DNA of 49,103 bases from an uncultured Solibacteraceae bacterium (GTDB lineage Bacteria; Acidobacteriota; Terriglobia; 20CM-2-55-15). Both the position numbers and the translations under genes were made by a program. Below the pieces are notes generated by a model that ran no database searches, was not told the origin of the DNA, and was given only the letters and a program-made list of their open reading frames with translations. Shown piece by piece: positions 1 to 8,155 of the stretch; position 1 is the first letter of the stretch, and every line of letters begins with the position of its first letter. The stretch spans positions 5,050 through 54,152 of the forward strand of contig CAZOZZ010000002.1 of NCBI GenBank assembly GCA_964584435.1, written 5' to 3'.

Positions 1-119
1 CCGCTGCTCGCTATCCGCTGCTCGCTATCCGCTGCTCGCTATCCGCTGCTCGCTACCCGCTACACGCTACCCACTGCTCGCTCATTCCCAAGCTGCTCGC
101 TGCCCGCTACACGCTACAC
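1..119. repeat. Tandem 14-bp (2x7) repeat array CCGCTGCTCGCTAT, degenerating into CGCTRCN heptamers; truncated at the window edge
   Basis: Three exact copies plus one near-exact copy at 1-56, then ccgctacacgctac, ccactgctcgct and gctgctcgctgcccgctacacgctacac. Confidence 0.9.
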
Positions 120-131
120 CCTCCCCACCCA

Positions 132-140
132 TGCTACGAT
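132..140 (+). promoter_or_regulatory. Putative extended -10 (TG-c-TACGAT), 7 nt before the ATG at 148; leaderless nadE promoter
   Basis: Sequence tgc tacgat tgtgccg ATG; no Shine-Dalgarno. Confidence 0.5.
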
Positions 141-147
141 TGTGCCG

Positions 148-1881
148 ATGGGAAAGCACCACAGATTGCGGTTGGCGATGGCCCAGATCAACGTGGTTGT
201 TGGGGACCTGGACGCCAACGCGGCGAAGATCATCGAGTGGATGGACAAGGCGAGGGAGATGGAAGCCGACATTGTCACTTTCCCGGAACTCGCCTTGACC
301 GGATATCCTCCCGAAGACCTGCTTCTGAAGCCACAATTTGTCGACGCTAACCTCGAAGCGCTAGAGGCTGTTGCCAGGTCGGTCACGGGTCTGACGGCCG
401 TCGTGGGGTTTGTGGATCGCCGCGATGACATCTATAACGCTGCAGCTATCTTAAGTGAGGGGCAGGTGGCTGGTGTGTATCACAAGGCGTATCTGCCCAA
501 CTACGGAGTCTTCGATGAGTTCCGTTACTTTCAGGTCGGCAGGCTTTCGCCACTTGTTCAGATTGGGGAAGCGCGCATCGGTCTGAGCATCTGCGAAGAT
601 ATCTGGTACCCGGAGGGTCCGGTCGTCGATCAGGCCTTAGCCGGCGGTGCCGAGGTGATCATCAACATCTCATCATCCCCCTACCACGCCGGAAAGCGCC
701 ACTTGAGGGAGCGGATGCTGGCCACCCGGGCTGCCGACAACACCGCGATTGTTGCCTACAACAACCTGGTGGGAGGTCAGGACGAACTCGTCTTTGACGG
801 AGACAGCCTTGTATTCGATGAGACGGGTGAATTGCTCGCCAGGGGCCTTCAGTTCGAAGAGGACCTGATCGTTGTCGACCTCGATCTGGATGCCGTATTT
901 CGCCGCCGGCTCCACGATCCTCGCCGCCGGCAACTGGAAGTGGAAGCGGAATCCGAGGAGAGCGTTGTCTTGTCGCCCCCTCCGAGGGTCGAGAAAAAGC
1001 CGATACCGAAGAGGGAAACCAACGTGCCGCTTTCCGAAGAAGCGGAAATCTATCAGGCCCTGGTTCTGGGAACGCGCGATTACGTCCGCAAGAACTCTTT
1101 CGAGAAAGTCGTTCTCGGCCTGAGCGGCGGCATCGATTCCGCACTGACGGCTGCGATTGCCGTCGATGCGCTTGGGAACTCGAATGTCGTTGGCGTGATG
1201 ATGCCGTCGGAATTTTCGTCTCCGGGCAGTGTCGACGACTCGCGTACGCTCGGAGGGAACCTGGGGATCGAGCTCATCACGATACCGATCTCCGATCTGA
1301 TGGGTGCTTACAATACCGGCCTTAACGAAGTCTTCCGAGGTCGCGAACCGGATGTCACTGAAGAGAACCTGCAGGCGCGAATCCGGGGCAACATTCTCAT
1401 GGCGCTGTCGAACAAGTTCGGTTGGATGGTCTTGAGTACCGGCAACAAGAGCGAGTTCAGTGCGGGGTACTGTACGTTGTACGGAGATATGGCGGGTGGT
1501 TTTGCCGTCCTGAAGGACGTGATGAAGACCACGGTCTATCGCCTGGCGGTACACCGCAACGGCGTGGCGGAAACAGACAGGATTCCGAGATCGACCATTG
1601 ACAAGCCACCGTCGGCAGAGTTGCGCCCAGATCAGAAGGACACCGATTCATTGCCGTCTTACGATCTGTTCGATCCGGTGATCGCAGCCTACGTGGAGAA
1701 GGACCGTAGCGTCGAGGAGATGCTGGCGATGGGTTTCGATGAGGACATCGTTCGTAGGGTCGTCCGCCTGGTCGATCTGAGCGAATACAAACGGCGGCAG
1801 GCCGCGCCGGGTGTCAAGATCACACCACGGGCGTTCGGGCGGGACCGTCGAATGCCGATAACGAACCGTTTCAGGAGTTAG
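148..1881 (+). CDS. nadE: Glutamine-dependent NAD+ synthetase
   Basis: N-terminal nitrilase domain (FPELALTGYPPEDL, YHKAYLPNYGVFDE, ICEDIW); C-terminal synthetase domain (GLSGGIDS, ENLQARIRG, TGNKSE, PPSAELRPDQKD, EYKRRQ). Start could be 142 or 148. Confidence 0.97.
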   Translation: MGKHHRLRLAMAQINVVVGDLDANAAKIIEWMDKAREMEADIVTFPELALTGYPPEDLLLKPQFVDANLEALEAVARSVTGLTAVVGFVDRRDDIYNAAAILSEGQVAGVYHKAYLPNYGVFDEFRYFQVGRLSPLVQIGEARIGLSICEDIWYPEGPVVDQALAGGAEVIINISSSPYHAGKRHLRERMLATRAADNTAIVAYNNLVGGQDELVFDGDSLVFDETGELLARGLQFEEDLIVVDLDLDAVFRRRLHDPRRRQLEVEAESEESVVLSPPPRVEKKPIPKRETNVPLSEEAEIYQALVLGTRDYVRKNSFEKVVLGLSGGIDSALTAAIAVDALGNSNVVGVMMPSEFSSPGSVDDSRTLGGNLGIELITIPISDLMGAYNTGLNEVFRGREPDVTEENLQARIRGNILMALSNKFGWMVLSTGNKSEFSAGYCTLYGDMAGGFAVLKDVMKTTVYRLAVHRNGVAETDRIPRSTIDKPPSAELRPDQKDTDSLPSYDLFDPVIAAYVEKDRSVEEMLAMGFDEDIVRRVVRLVDLSEYKRRQAAPGVKITPRAFGRDRRMPITNRFRS

Positions 1882-1882
1882 G

Positions 1883-2614
1883 GTGGTGCATCGTCCTTTT
1901 GCAGTACTCAAGAAACTGGTCAAAAAGGGTCAGCTCCGATTGGCAGAGAGCGATGCCAAGCCCGCCGAACAGGTCCCTTCCGATCTCTTGCGTCGAGCAC
2001 CGGACCTGTCCGACGGGGAGCTGTTTGAGGCTGCGATGTCGGATGTGCGACCGAGAGGTTGGGACGAGGTCCCCCTCCGCCTTCCCGCACCCCTCGAAAT
2101 TCGGTCGAACGATGACGAAGCCGATGCGTTGAAGGTGCTCGAAGAGTTTTGTAGAACCGGGAATGTCGCGGTAGAACACACCGGCGAATACGTCGAGCAC
2201 ACGATCGACCCACTTGGAAGGTTGTATCTCGACGACCTGCGCTCCGGACGGTTTGCGATTCAGGCGCACCTGGATCTGCACGGGTTGAGCGAAGATCAGG
2301 CCAGGGTGGCAGTGGAAGAGTTCCTTCGGTGTTCGGTCCAGGCCGGTTACTGCTGCGTTCGTGTTGTCCACGGGAGGGGCCGTCATTCTCCCGGACACCG
2401 ATCTGTTATCAAAGGCAGCACCCTTCGCTGGCTCCGCACCCGGCGAGCCGGCCGATATGTCATCGCCTACACGTCGGCGAGGCTCGTCGATGGAGGCGGT
2501 GGGGCCGTCTACGTTTTGTTGCGGAGGTGGAGTGCTGGGGGGAGGACCCAAGGTCCGAAGCAGGAAGAGCGGGCAGCAGGCAGCAGGCAGCGAGCAGCAG
2601 GGAACCGGCCATGA
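1883..2614 (+). CDS. Smr/MutS2 C-terminal domain protein (SmrA/B-like)
   Basis: LDLHG, VVHGRG and DGGGGAVYVLL motifs; SD aggag at 1873-1877; the C-terminal tail runs into repeat DNA. Confidence 0.9.
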   Translation: MVHRPFAVLKKLVKKGQLRLAESDAKPAEQVPSDLLRRAPDLSDGELFEAAMSDVRPRGWDEVPLRLPAPLEIRSNDDEADALKVLEEFCRTGNVAVEHTGEYVEHTIDPLGRLYLDDLRSGRFAIQAHLDLHGLSEDQARVAVEEFLRCSVQAGYCCVRVVHGRGRHSPGHRSVIKGSTLRWLRTRRAGRYVIAYTSARLVDGGGGAVYVLLRRWSAGGRTQGPKQEERAAGSRQRAAGNRP

Positions 2615-2638
2615 GCTGCAAGCTACCCGCTGCAAGCT
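2568..2638. repeat. Inverted heptamer arrays (AGCRGGC-type arm, then GCTRCNN-type arm) between the convergent smr and lexA genes
   Basis: agcgggcagcaggcagcaggcagcgagcagcag ... agctgcaagctacccgctgcaagct. Confidence 0.75.
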
Positions 2639-2648
2639 CCTCGCTGAC

Positions 2649-3251
2649 CTAGAACCGCATCACCCCCACCACTTTACCCACGATCCCCACTGACACGCCT
2701 TCTGAAAACTCGATCTCGATCGGCCCGTATGCGGGATTCTCGGCTCGGAGCTCCACGCGGTTGTTCGCCTTGTAGAACCGTTTGACCGTGGCCTCGTCTT
2801 CGATCAGGGCGACGACGATCTCTCCATTCGATGCTGTTTTTTGTGGCCGGACAAGAACGTAGTCTCCATCGAGGATGTGAGCGCCTTCCATGCTGTCGCC
2901 CTCCACTTTGAGGAGGAACGAACCATCTGCGGCCCAGCCTTCGGGTAATCGGACCACGTCTTCAATGTTCTCTTCCGCCAGGATCGGTGAGCCGGCCGCA
3001 ACTCGACCGACAACGGGCACATCGGTCGGCGTGGCGTGTTGCCGCTCAGGCTCGGCAACGACCAGCGACCGCGACCGGTTTGCCCGGCGTTCAAGCGAGC
3101 CTTTTCTTTCCAGGGCCTTGATGTGGTCATGAACTGTTGCCGGGGAGAGGCCGAAGCGCCCTCCGATTTCCCGGACCGATGGAGGAAAACCGTTTTCCCG
3201 GCTGTGGTCCCGGATGAAGTCGAGAACCTGCTCCTGGCGTTTTGTCAGCAT
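2649..3251 (-). CDS. lexA: SOS repressor LexA (Gram-positive-type DNA-binding domain)
   Basis: MLTKRQ...GFPPSVREIG wHTH, VAAG cleavage site, GDSM serine, TVKRF lysine. Start set at MLTKRQ (ATG at 3251) rather than the ORF-track start at 3350. Confidence 0.96.
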   Translation of the reverse strand: MLTKRQEQVLDFIRDHSRENGFPPSVREIGGRFGLSPATVHDHIKALERKGSLERRANRSRSLVVAEPERQHATPTDVPVVGRVAAGSPILAEENIEDVVRLPEGWAADGSFLLKVEGDSMEGAHILDGDYVLVRPQKTASNGEIVVALIEDEATVKRFYKANNRVELRAENPAYGPIEIEFSEGVSVGIVGKVVGVMRF

Positions 3252-3272
3252 ATACGAACATATGTTCGTATA
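3251..3272. promoter_or_regulatory. LexA operator (Cheo-type SOS box CGAAC-ATAT-GTTCG) within a perfect 22-bp palindrome TATACGAACATATGTTCGTATA
   Basis: The palindrome abuts the lexA start codon and matches the CGAACRNRYGTTCG consensus of Bacillus-type LexA. Confidence 0.9.
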
Positions 3273-3285
3273 ATGTGGCCGCCAA
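3257..3285 (-). promoter_or_regulatory. Putative lexA sigma70 promoter TTGGCG-N17-TATGTT, 5 nt before the ATG
   Basis: Minus strand -35 at 3285-3280 and -10 at 3262-3257; the -10 lies inside the SOS box. Confidence 0.5.
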
Positions 3286-3360
3286 GTCAACCGGTGATCG
3301 AATACATCGCTGAAACTCGTTTGTCCATCCTGTTGAGCCGAACTCAGCACGGGAAAGTAT

Positions 3361-3521
3361 TTCGACCGAGAGGCGCAGAGACGCAGAGGAAGTTGTTGTC
3401 GACTCCTGTTCTTCGAATCACGATGTCTCCGACTGGTGGGACTTCGGCATGCCGGAAGACGCGGGACAACGGAATTGATTCCTCAAAAAACCACTTTGCG
3501 CCTCTGCGCCTCTGCGTCGAA
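3361..3521. repeat. 28-bp imperfect inverted repeat built of CGCAGAGR octamers, enclosing about 105 bp
   Basis: ttcgaccgagaggcgcagagacgcagag (3361-3388) versus ctttgcgcctctgcgcctctgcgtcgaa (3494-3521); 4 mismatches. Confidence 0.8.
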
Positions 3522-3626
3522 CAATGTCACGGGTGCCTCCGATTGTCTGGAAGGCTGAGGCTGGGTTCAAGACACTGGGTTCAAGAAATCTTGCGATGGG
3601 AGTTGTCCCGGGAGTAAGGTGTTGTC

Positions 3627-4913
3627 ATGCTGGGAACGAGGGGGTATCGAACGGTGAAGTCGCAGAAGGGAATGGCATTGATCACGGCGCTGATGTTGCT
3701 GGCGTTTCTGACGATCATCGGCGGAGCGTTGCTTACAGCGACGACGATCGACGTCAAGATCGGTAACAACTATAAGACGAACACGCAGTTGCTGTTCCTG
3801 GCCGAGGCGGGGATCGAGGCGGCTCGCGAGACCCTCCGCGCCTCGGCCAACACACTTGATGTCGATTTGCTGGCGGCCGCCGGTGGCACCGCCGACGATC
3901 TGGCGACTTCGACGGACCTGACGGCGCTCCTGGCAACCGACGACGCGCCCGTTCTCCCGGTAGCCGTCGGCTTGAGGACGACGGGCCAGACTCTCACCGA
4001 TCCTGACGGGCGGACCGTTGGCACCTATCACGTCTTCATGCGTAATGATGCGGCGGAAGGCGCTACCACGACAACCGACACCAACGATATCGTTACGCTG
4101 GTAAGCATCGCGCAAATCGGAAGCGCGACAAAAACGATCGAAGCGGACGTGAAGAAGGGTAGTTTTCCACCGATTCCCGCCGCTTTGACGCTGAACGGCG
4201 GAATCGGAACGTTTGACGCGACAAACTCCAATATTTTCGACGTCTCCGGTTTTGATGATGCGGGCAGTGGGAATGATGAGAGCGCCATCGGGGTCATTTC
4301 GGCCGGGGACGACACCACCGTCACAAGCGAGATTCAGGGTCCGCCAGACAGATCCGGGAATTACGCCGGTGACAGCGGCGGAACTCCCGATGTCGAAGAC
4401 ATCAGCGGCGACATGGCCGGCATGCTCACCACGGTGGCCGGCCTGGAAGACATCGCCGACAGTATCGAGGCGTCAGCCACGGATTCGTATACGCCGGGGT
4501 TTGGCAGCACCACGGCGCTTGGAAGCTTCGGTTCGTCAAGCGACTACCACGTCGTTGCCGTAAACGGAAACGCTACGATCGGCCCCGGTACTGGATACGG
4601 TAGTCTCATGGTCCGCGGATCGTTGACGGTTTCGGGCAACTTCAGCTGGTATGGATTGATTCTCTTGATCGGACAGGGCGAGCTATATTGGAACGGTGGT
4701 GGTAATGGTGCCATAGAGGGCGGCATCTTCATCGCGAAGACCCGGGATGCGCAGACTGTATCTGATCCGCTGGGGCCGGTGCGCGCCACACGTGGCGATG
4801 TCATAGCCGATTTCAACGGCGGCGGCGGAAACGGCATCCAATACGACACCGGGGAGATTGCCGCCGCGAACTCCTCTTTCCCGTATTCACCGATTTCGAT
4901 CAGGGAGTATTAG
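3627..4913 (+). CDS. PilX N-terminal domain type IV pilus minor pilin / assembly protein
   Basis: Class III signal SQKG/MALITALMLL lacking Glu+5, then AEAGIEAAR (PilX_N-like); Gly/Thr/Asp-rich beta-type C-terminus. Confidence 0.82.
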   Translation: MLGTRGYRTVKSQKGMALITALMLLAFLTIIGGALLTATTIDVKIGNNYKTNTQLLFLAEAGIEAARETLRASANTLDVDLLAAAGGTADDLATSTDLTALLATDDAPVLPVAVGLRTTGQTLTDPDGRTVGTYHVFMRNDAAEGATTTTDTNDIVTLVSIAQIGSATKTIEADVKKGSFPPIPAALTLNGGIGTFDATNSNIFDVSGFDDAGSGNDESAIGVISAGDDTTVTSEIQGPPDRSGNYAGDSGGTPDVEDISGDMAGMLTTVAGLEDIADSIEASATDSYTPGFGSTTALGSFGSSSDYHVVAVNGNATIGPGTGYGSLMVRGSLTVSGNFSWYGLILLIGQGELYWNGGGNGAIEGGIFIAKTRDAQTVSDPLGPVRATRGDVIADFNGGGGNGIQYDTGEIAAANSSFPYSPISIREY

Positions 4914-5017
4914 CAAGTAGCGAGTAGCGAGCAGCATGGAGCTGTCAGCTTTCATCGTGACTGTTTACAACCGCCCAGGCTCCTAGCTACCCGCTGCCCG
5001 CTACCGGCTACTCGCTA
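4911..5017. repeat. Inverted heptamer arrays (TAGCGAG / CTCGCTA) spanning the convergent pilX-hfq spacer
   Basis: tagcaagtagcgagtagcgagcagc ... tagctacccgctgcccgctaccggctactcgcta; the outermost units are the two TAG stop codons. Confidence 0.85.
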
Positions 5018-5320
5018 CTTCTCCACCTTCTTCCTCGGTTCTGCCTCCGGATCCTCATAGAGATACTTGATCCGCTCCTTGTAAATGAACAGGTTGGCTT
5101 CCCGGTCTCGTGTAAGCCGGATGATGTCGCGGTCGAAGTACTCGATCCAGCCTCGAAGTTCCTCTCCATCCACAAGCGTCACGACGACTGCAACTTCATT
5201 TTTGGCCAGCCAACCGATGTATTCGCCTTCCCGGTTGGTCGACTCGCCCACTGATCCTCGTGACCGCCGCCCACCTGAGCTGTCGCCGCGTCCGCCGCCA
5301 GCCTGTTTAGTTGAAGCCAT
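5015..5320 (-). CDS. Hfq/Sm-like RNA-binding protein
   Basis: VVVTLVDGEELRGWIEYFD (Sm1-like) and LFIYKERIKY (Sm2-like, compare Hfq MVYKHAI); Gly/Arg-rich N-terminal tail. Start set at MASTK; alternative at 5359. Confidence 0.72.
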   Translation of the reverse strand: MASTKQAGGGRGDSSGGRRSRGSVGESTNREGEYIGWLAKNEVAVVVTLVDGEELRGWIEYFDRDIIRLTRDREANLFIYKERIKYLYEDPEAEPRKKVEK

Positions 5321-5475
5321 TATTTTCTGTCGAGTCCAATCTGGGAGATGTCCAGTCAATCAGTGACCCTGACGGGTGATGTCAAGTGCTCGTTACTGCC
5401 CGCCGAACTCCTGCCCGCCAATCGTCACTGGTTCAGTTCAGTGGATCAAAAGTATACACGGGTTAGACTGTTTGT

Positions 5476-6117
5476 ATGGAAATCGAAGCCATTCTGTTCG
5501 ATCTGGGACACGTGATCGTCGACTTCGACATGAACGAATGCGTTCAGACGATGGCTGATCGTTGTCCGCTCGCGCGGGAAGAATTTGAGAAGGTTCTCTG
5601 GGACACCGGCTGGATCCGACGTTACGAACGAGGGGAAGTGTCGACAGCGGGCTTTCACGAGTTTCTTTGTCGCGACGCCGGACTGGAAATGGACTACGTG
5701 AGCTTCCATCGTTGCTGGTCCGGTGTGTTCGACGCCGAGTTGATCGTACCCGAGAGTCTTCTCGCCCGGCTCGGTTCGGTATATCCACTAGCCCTCATCT
5801 CGAACACGAACGAGGCCCATGTCGAGCACATCCGGGAAAACTTTGGGGTGTTTGATCACTTCGAGCACCGGGTCTTTTCTTACGAGGTCGGCTCCCTGAA
5901 GCCCGATCGAAAGATCTTCGAGTGTGCGATCGGGGCGGTCGGAAGAAGACCCGCATCCCTGCTGTTCATCGACGATCGGGCGGAGAATATCGCTGCCGGC
6001 AGAGAACTGGGGATGCAGACTCACCTTTTTGAATCACTCGCCGGGCTGAGAAAAGCTTTCCAGCAAGCCGGAGTCGAGATCGGGGATCTCGCGCATTTCG
6101 ATCCGGGCTCCGGTTGA
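5476..6117 (+). CDS. HAD-superfamily phosphatase (YihX-like)
   Basis: LFDLGHVI motif I, ISNTN motif II, KPD motif III, FIDD motif IV. Confidence 0.9.
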   Translation: MEIEAILFDLGHVIVDFDMNECVQTMADRCPLAREEFEKVLWDTGWIRRYERGEVSTAGFHEFLCRDAGLEMDYVSFHRCWSGVFDAELIVPESLLARLGSVYPLALISNTNEAHVEHIRENFGVFDHFEHRVFSYEVGSLKPDRKIFECAIGAVGRRPASLLFIDDRAENIAAGRELGMQTHLFESLAGLRKAFQQAGVEIGDLAHFDPGSG

Positions 6118-6573
6118 TCCGGTTTCTTCGAGGAACAACTGGTTGATCGCGGCAAGCTTGACGTTGAGCGTTTCGATGCCGAGAACGTCTTCGCCGGCCA
6201 ACTTGAAATCGGGATCCGTGTCCGTGAAGTTCAACTCGCACCAGTCGACGCCGCCTCCCTGGTCGGCGGGAAGCATTGCCGGTAGTCCGTAAGTCCTGCA
6301 GATCATCGGTCGCCGCGGGTAGATGGAACATTCCCCCTCCAACAGGAAAGGGCAGGAGTCTTTGTCTTGCCGAACCATCCTTTGCGTTTCCGCCGACAGC
6401 GTTTGAAATTCTTCGGTAATCGAATAGGCTTCTACTGCCGACACGGAAAACTGTTTCCGGCAACAGGCATCGCACTTTCTTCGGCGAACAATGTGTTCGC
6501 CCAGGCGCTTCGTTGCGGCTGAAACCCACTGATCGACCTGTTCCCTGAGTTTGGCGTAGTAACGGAATGGCAT
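6034..6573 (-). CDS. YkgJ family cysteine-cluster protein (CxxCxxCC-like)
   Basis: KCDACC, CPFL, CSIYPRRPMICRTYG; overlaps the 3' end of the HAD gene by 84 bp. Confidence 0.82.
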   Translation of the reverse strand: MPFRYYAKLREQVDQWVSAATKRLGEHIVRRRKCDACCRKQFSVSAVEAYSITEEFQTLSAETQRMVRQDKDSCPFLLEGECSIYPRRPMICRTYGLPAMLPADQGGGVDWCELNFTDTDPDFKLAGEDVLGIETLNVKLAAINQLFLEETGSTGARIEMREIPDLDSGLLESFSQPGE

Positions 6574-7157
6574 TGTTCGTCAAAAAGATATCACGGCGCG
6601 GAAAGCCGTTCCTGCTGCTGTCCATCGTCGGATCGTCCGCCCTCGGGTACTCCCTTCTTTTTGCGGTCTCCCTGGGGCTGGCCTATTGGCAGGACCGTCT
6701 GGACGAGATCCTCCGGTTTCCGGGCTGGCTCGGGTTCGGCCGGAATGTCCTGATTGGACTCCTTCTTGCGACCAGTGTCCTGTGCGCCGGCCGGGCGATG
6801 AGGGGGACCTTCCGATGGGCGGAGGAACTCGAGCAGGAGTTCCGAATCATACTCACGCCGTTGACCTTAAGCGGCGCTTTCGTTATGGCCCTCGCCAGCG
6901 GCATCGCCGAGGAGACATTTTTCCGTGGCGTCATGCAGCCTGCATTCGGGCTCTGGCTGACGAGCTTGTTTTTTGGATTGCTGCACTATCCGATGAATCG
7001 CCGCCTGATCCCCTGGACGGGCCTCGCCATCATCATGGGTTTCATCTTCGGTTGGGTCTATCAGACGACCGGAAGTCTGCTTGCCGTAGCTCTTGCCCAC
7101 GGTCTGATTAATTTTGTGGAGTTGGCAGATATTGCCCGCTCCGGGCCGGAGTTGTGA
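6567..7157 (+). CDS. CPBP/Abi (CAAX-protease-like) intramembrane glutamic endopeptidase
   Basis: AEETFFRG, FGLLH and AHGLIN motifs; multiple TM segments. Start uncertain. Confidence 0.9.
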   Translation: MALFVKKISRRGKPFLLLSIVGSSALGYSLLFAVSLGLAYWQDRLDEILRFPGWLGFGRNVLIGLLLATSVLCAGRAMRGTFRWAEELEQEFRIILTPLTLSGAFVMALASGIAEETFFRGVMQPAFGLWLTSLFFGLLHYPMNRRLIPWTGLAIIMGFIFGWVYQTTGSLLAVALAHGLINFVELADIARSGPEL

Positions 7158-7261
7158 CTTTTTGTAAAAATTTAACGTATTGATAGGCTTAGAGTCTAAT
7201 TCAGACCATTCATCGCTTTTGTTGGTGTAGTTTTCAAAGTAGAATGTAGCCGGCTGCTCCC

Positions 7262-8041
7262 ATGAAAAGACTGTTACTGGTTCCGTGCTTAGCTTTGCTG
7301 TTCATGTCCGAAAGCCCAGCGCAGTTCGTGATGCCGGATCGGGTCGCCGACACCGACAACGATGTGGATGGCTCGGAGTTCGTGTTCGCGCGTCTCGCCT
7401 ATGGGTCGGGTATGGAGGGGTACAGCCGGCGGGGCCGCCCGTCCTGGAGGACCGACTGGCCGGAGGCGGATGAAAAATTCATGTTCGGCATCGATCGGTT
7501 GAGCAACATCCGGATCGTTCTGGATGACTACATCTCCGTTCGAATCATGGATCCCGCTCTTTTTACTTATCCGTTCGTTTATGCGGTCGAAGTCGGATAC
7601 ATGGAATTGTCCCAGCCCGAGGCCGATCAGTTGCGTGAATTCATGTTGCGTGGGGGGACCCTGGTGGTCGACGACTTCTGGGGCACCTATGAGTGGGGGA
7701 GGTTTGCCCGGAATGTCATGAAGATCTTTCCGGACAAGGAAGTCGAACAGATCCCGATGTCGCATCCCATCTTCCACACTTTCTACGATATCGACCAGAT
7801 CATGCAGATACCGAACATCCGGAACGGCCGGAGGGGGTACCAGACGCATGAGCAAGACGGTTACGTGCCCTATTGCCTTGGGATATTCGATGACGACCGC
7901 CGTCCGATGATGGTGATCAATTACAACACCGACCTCGGTGATGCTTGGGAATGGGCGGACGACCCTTACTATCCGAACGAGTTTTCCGGGATGGCGTACC
8001 GAATGGGCATCAATTTCATTATCTATTCGATGACTCATTGA
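7262..8041 (+). CDS. DUF4159 domain secreted protein
   Basis: Signal peptide; FVFARLAY, WRTDWP, LRGGTLVVDDFWG, HPIFHTFY, NTDLGDAWE, MGINFIIYSMTH terminus. Confidence 0.85.
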   Translation: MKRLLLVPCLALLFMSESPAQFVMPDRVADTDNDVDGSEFVFARLAYGSGMEGYSRRGRPSWRTDWPEADEKFMFGIDRLSNIRIVLDDYISVRIMDPALFTYPFVYAVEVGYMELSQPEADQLREFMLRGGTLVVDDFWGTYEWGRFARNVMKIFPDKEVEQIPMSHPIFHTFYDIDQIMQIPNIRNGRRGYQTHEQDGYVPYCLGIFDDDRRPMMVINYNTDLGDAWEWADDPYYPNEFSGMAYRMGINFIIYSMTH

Positions 8042-8091
8042 CGTGCCTGATTGATGCGCCTTTTTGATTCGCGCACCTGTCTGCCTACTGG

Positions 8092-8120
8092 TTGATTGGT
8101 AGCGCTACCAACCCTAAACT
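8092..8120 (+). promoter_or_regulatory. Sigma70 promoter TTGATT-N17-TAAACT overlapped by a perfect 16-bp LacI-type palindrome TTGGTAGCGCTACCAA (8096-8111)
   Basis: -35 at 8092-8097 and -10 at 8115-8120; the palindrome has the central GCGC typical of LacI/GalR operators. Confidence 0.72.
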
Positions 8121-8155
8121 TCGACATCTGATCTATCTGGAGCCAGCGAGAAGCA

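Noticed and set aside
1-119. Possible CRISPR array
   Set aside because: The units are 7-14 bp in direct tandem with no unique spacers, and there are no cas genes in the window.
1-147. NAD+-sensing riboswitch or NrtR box upstream of nadE (also checked before pncB)
   Set aside because: Both upstream regions consist of heptamer repeats and I could not recognise an aptamer or operator. An Infernal search would be decisive.
3252-3350. N-terminal extension of LexA in the ORF track
   Set aside because: Homology starts at MLTKRQ and the extension covers the SOS box and promoter.
3036-3617. 193-aa plus-strand ORF
   Set aside because: It overlaps lexA antisense and runs through the operator and octamer repeats (giving APLRLC); no recognisable domain.
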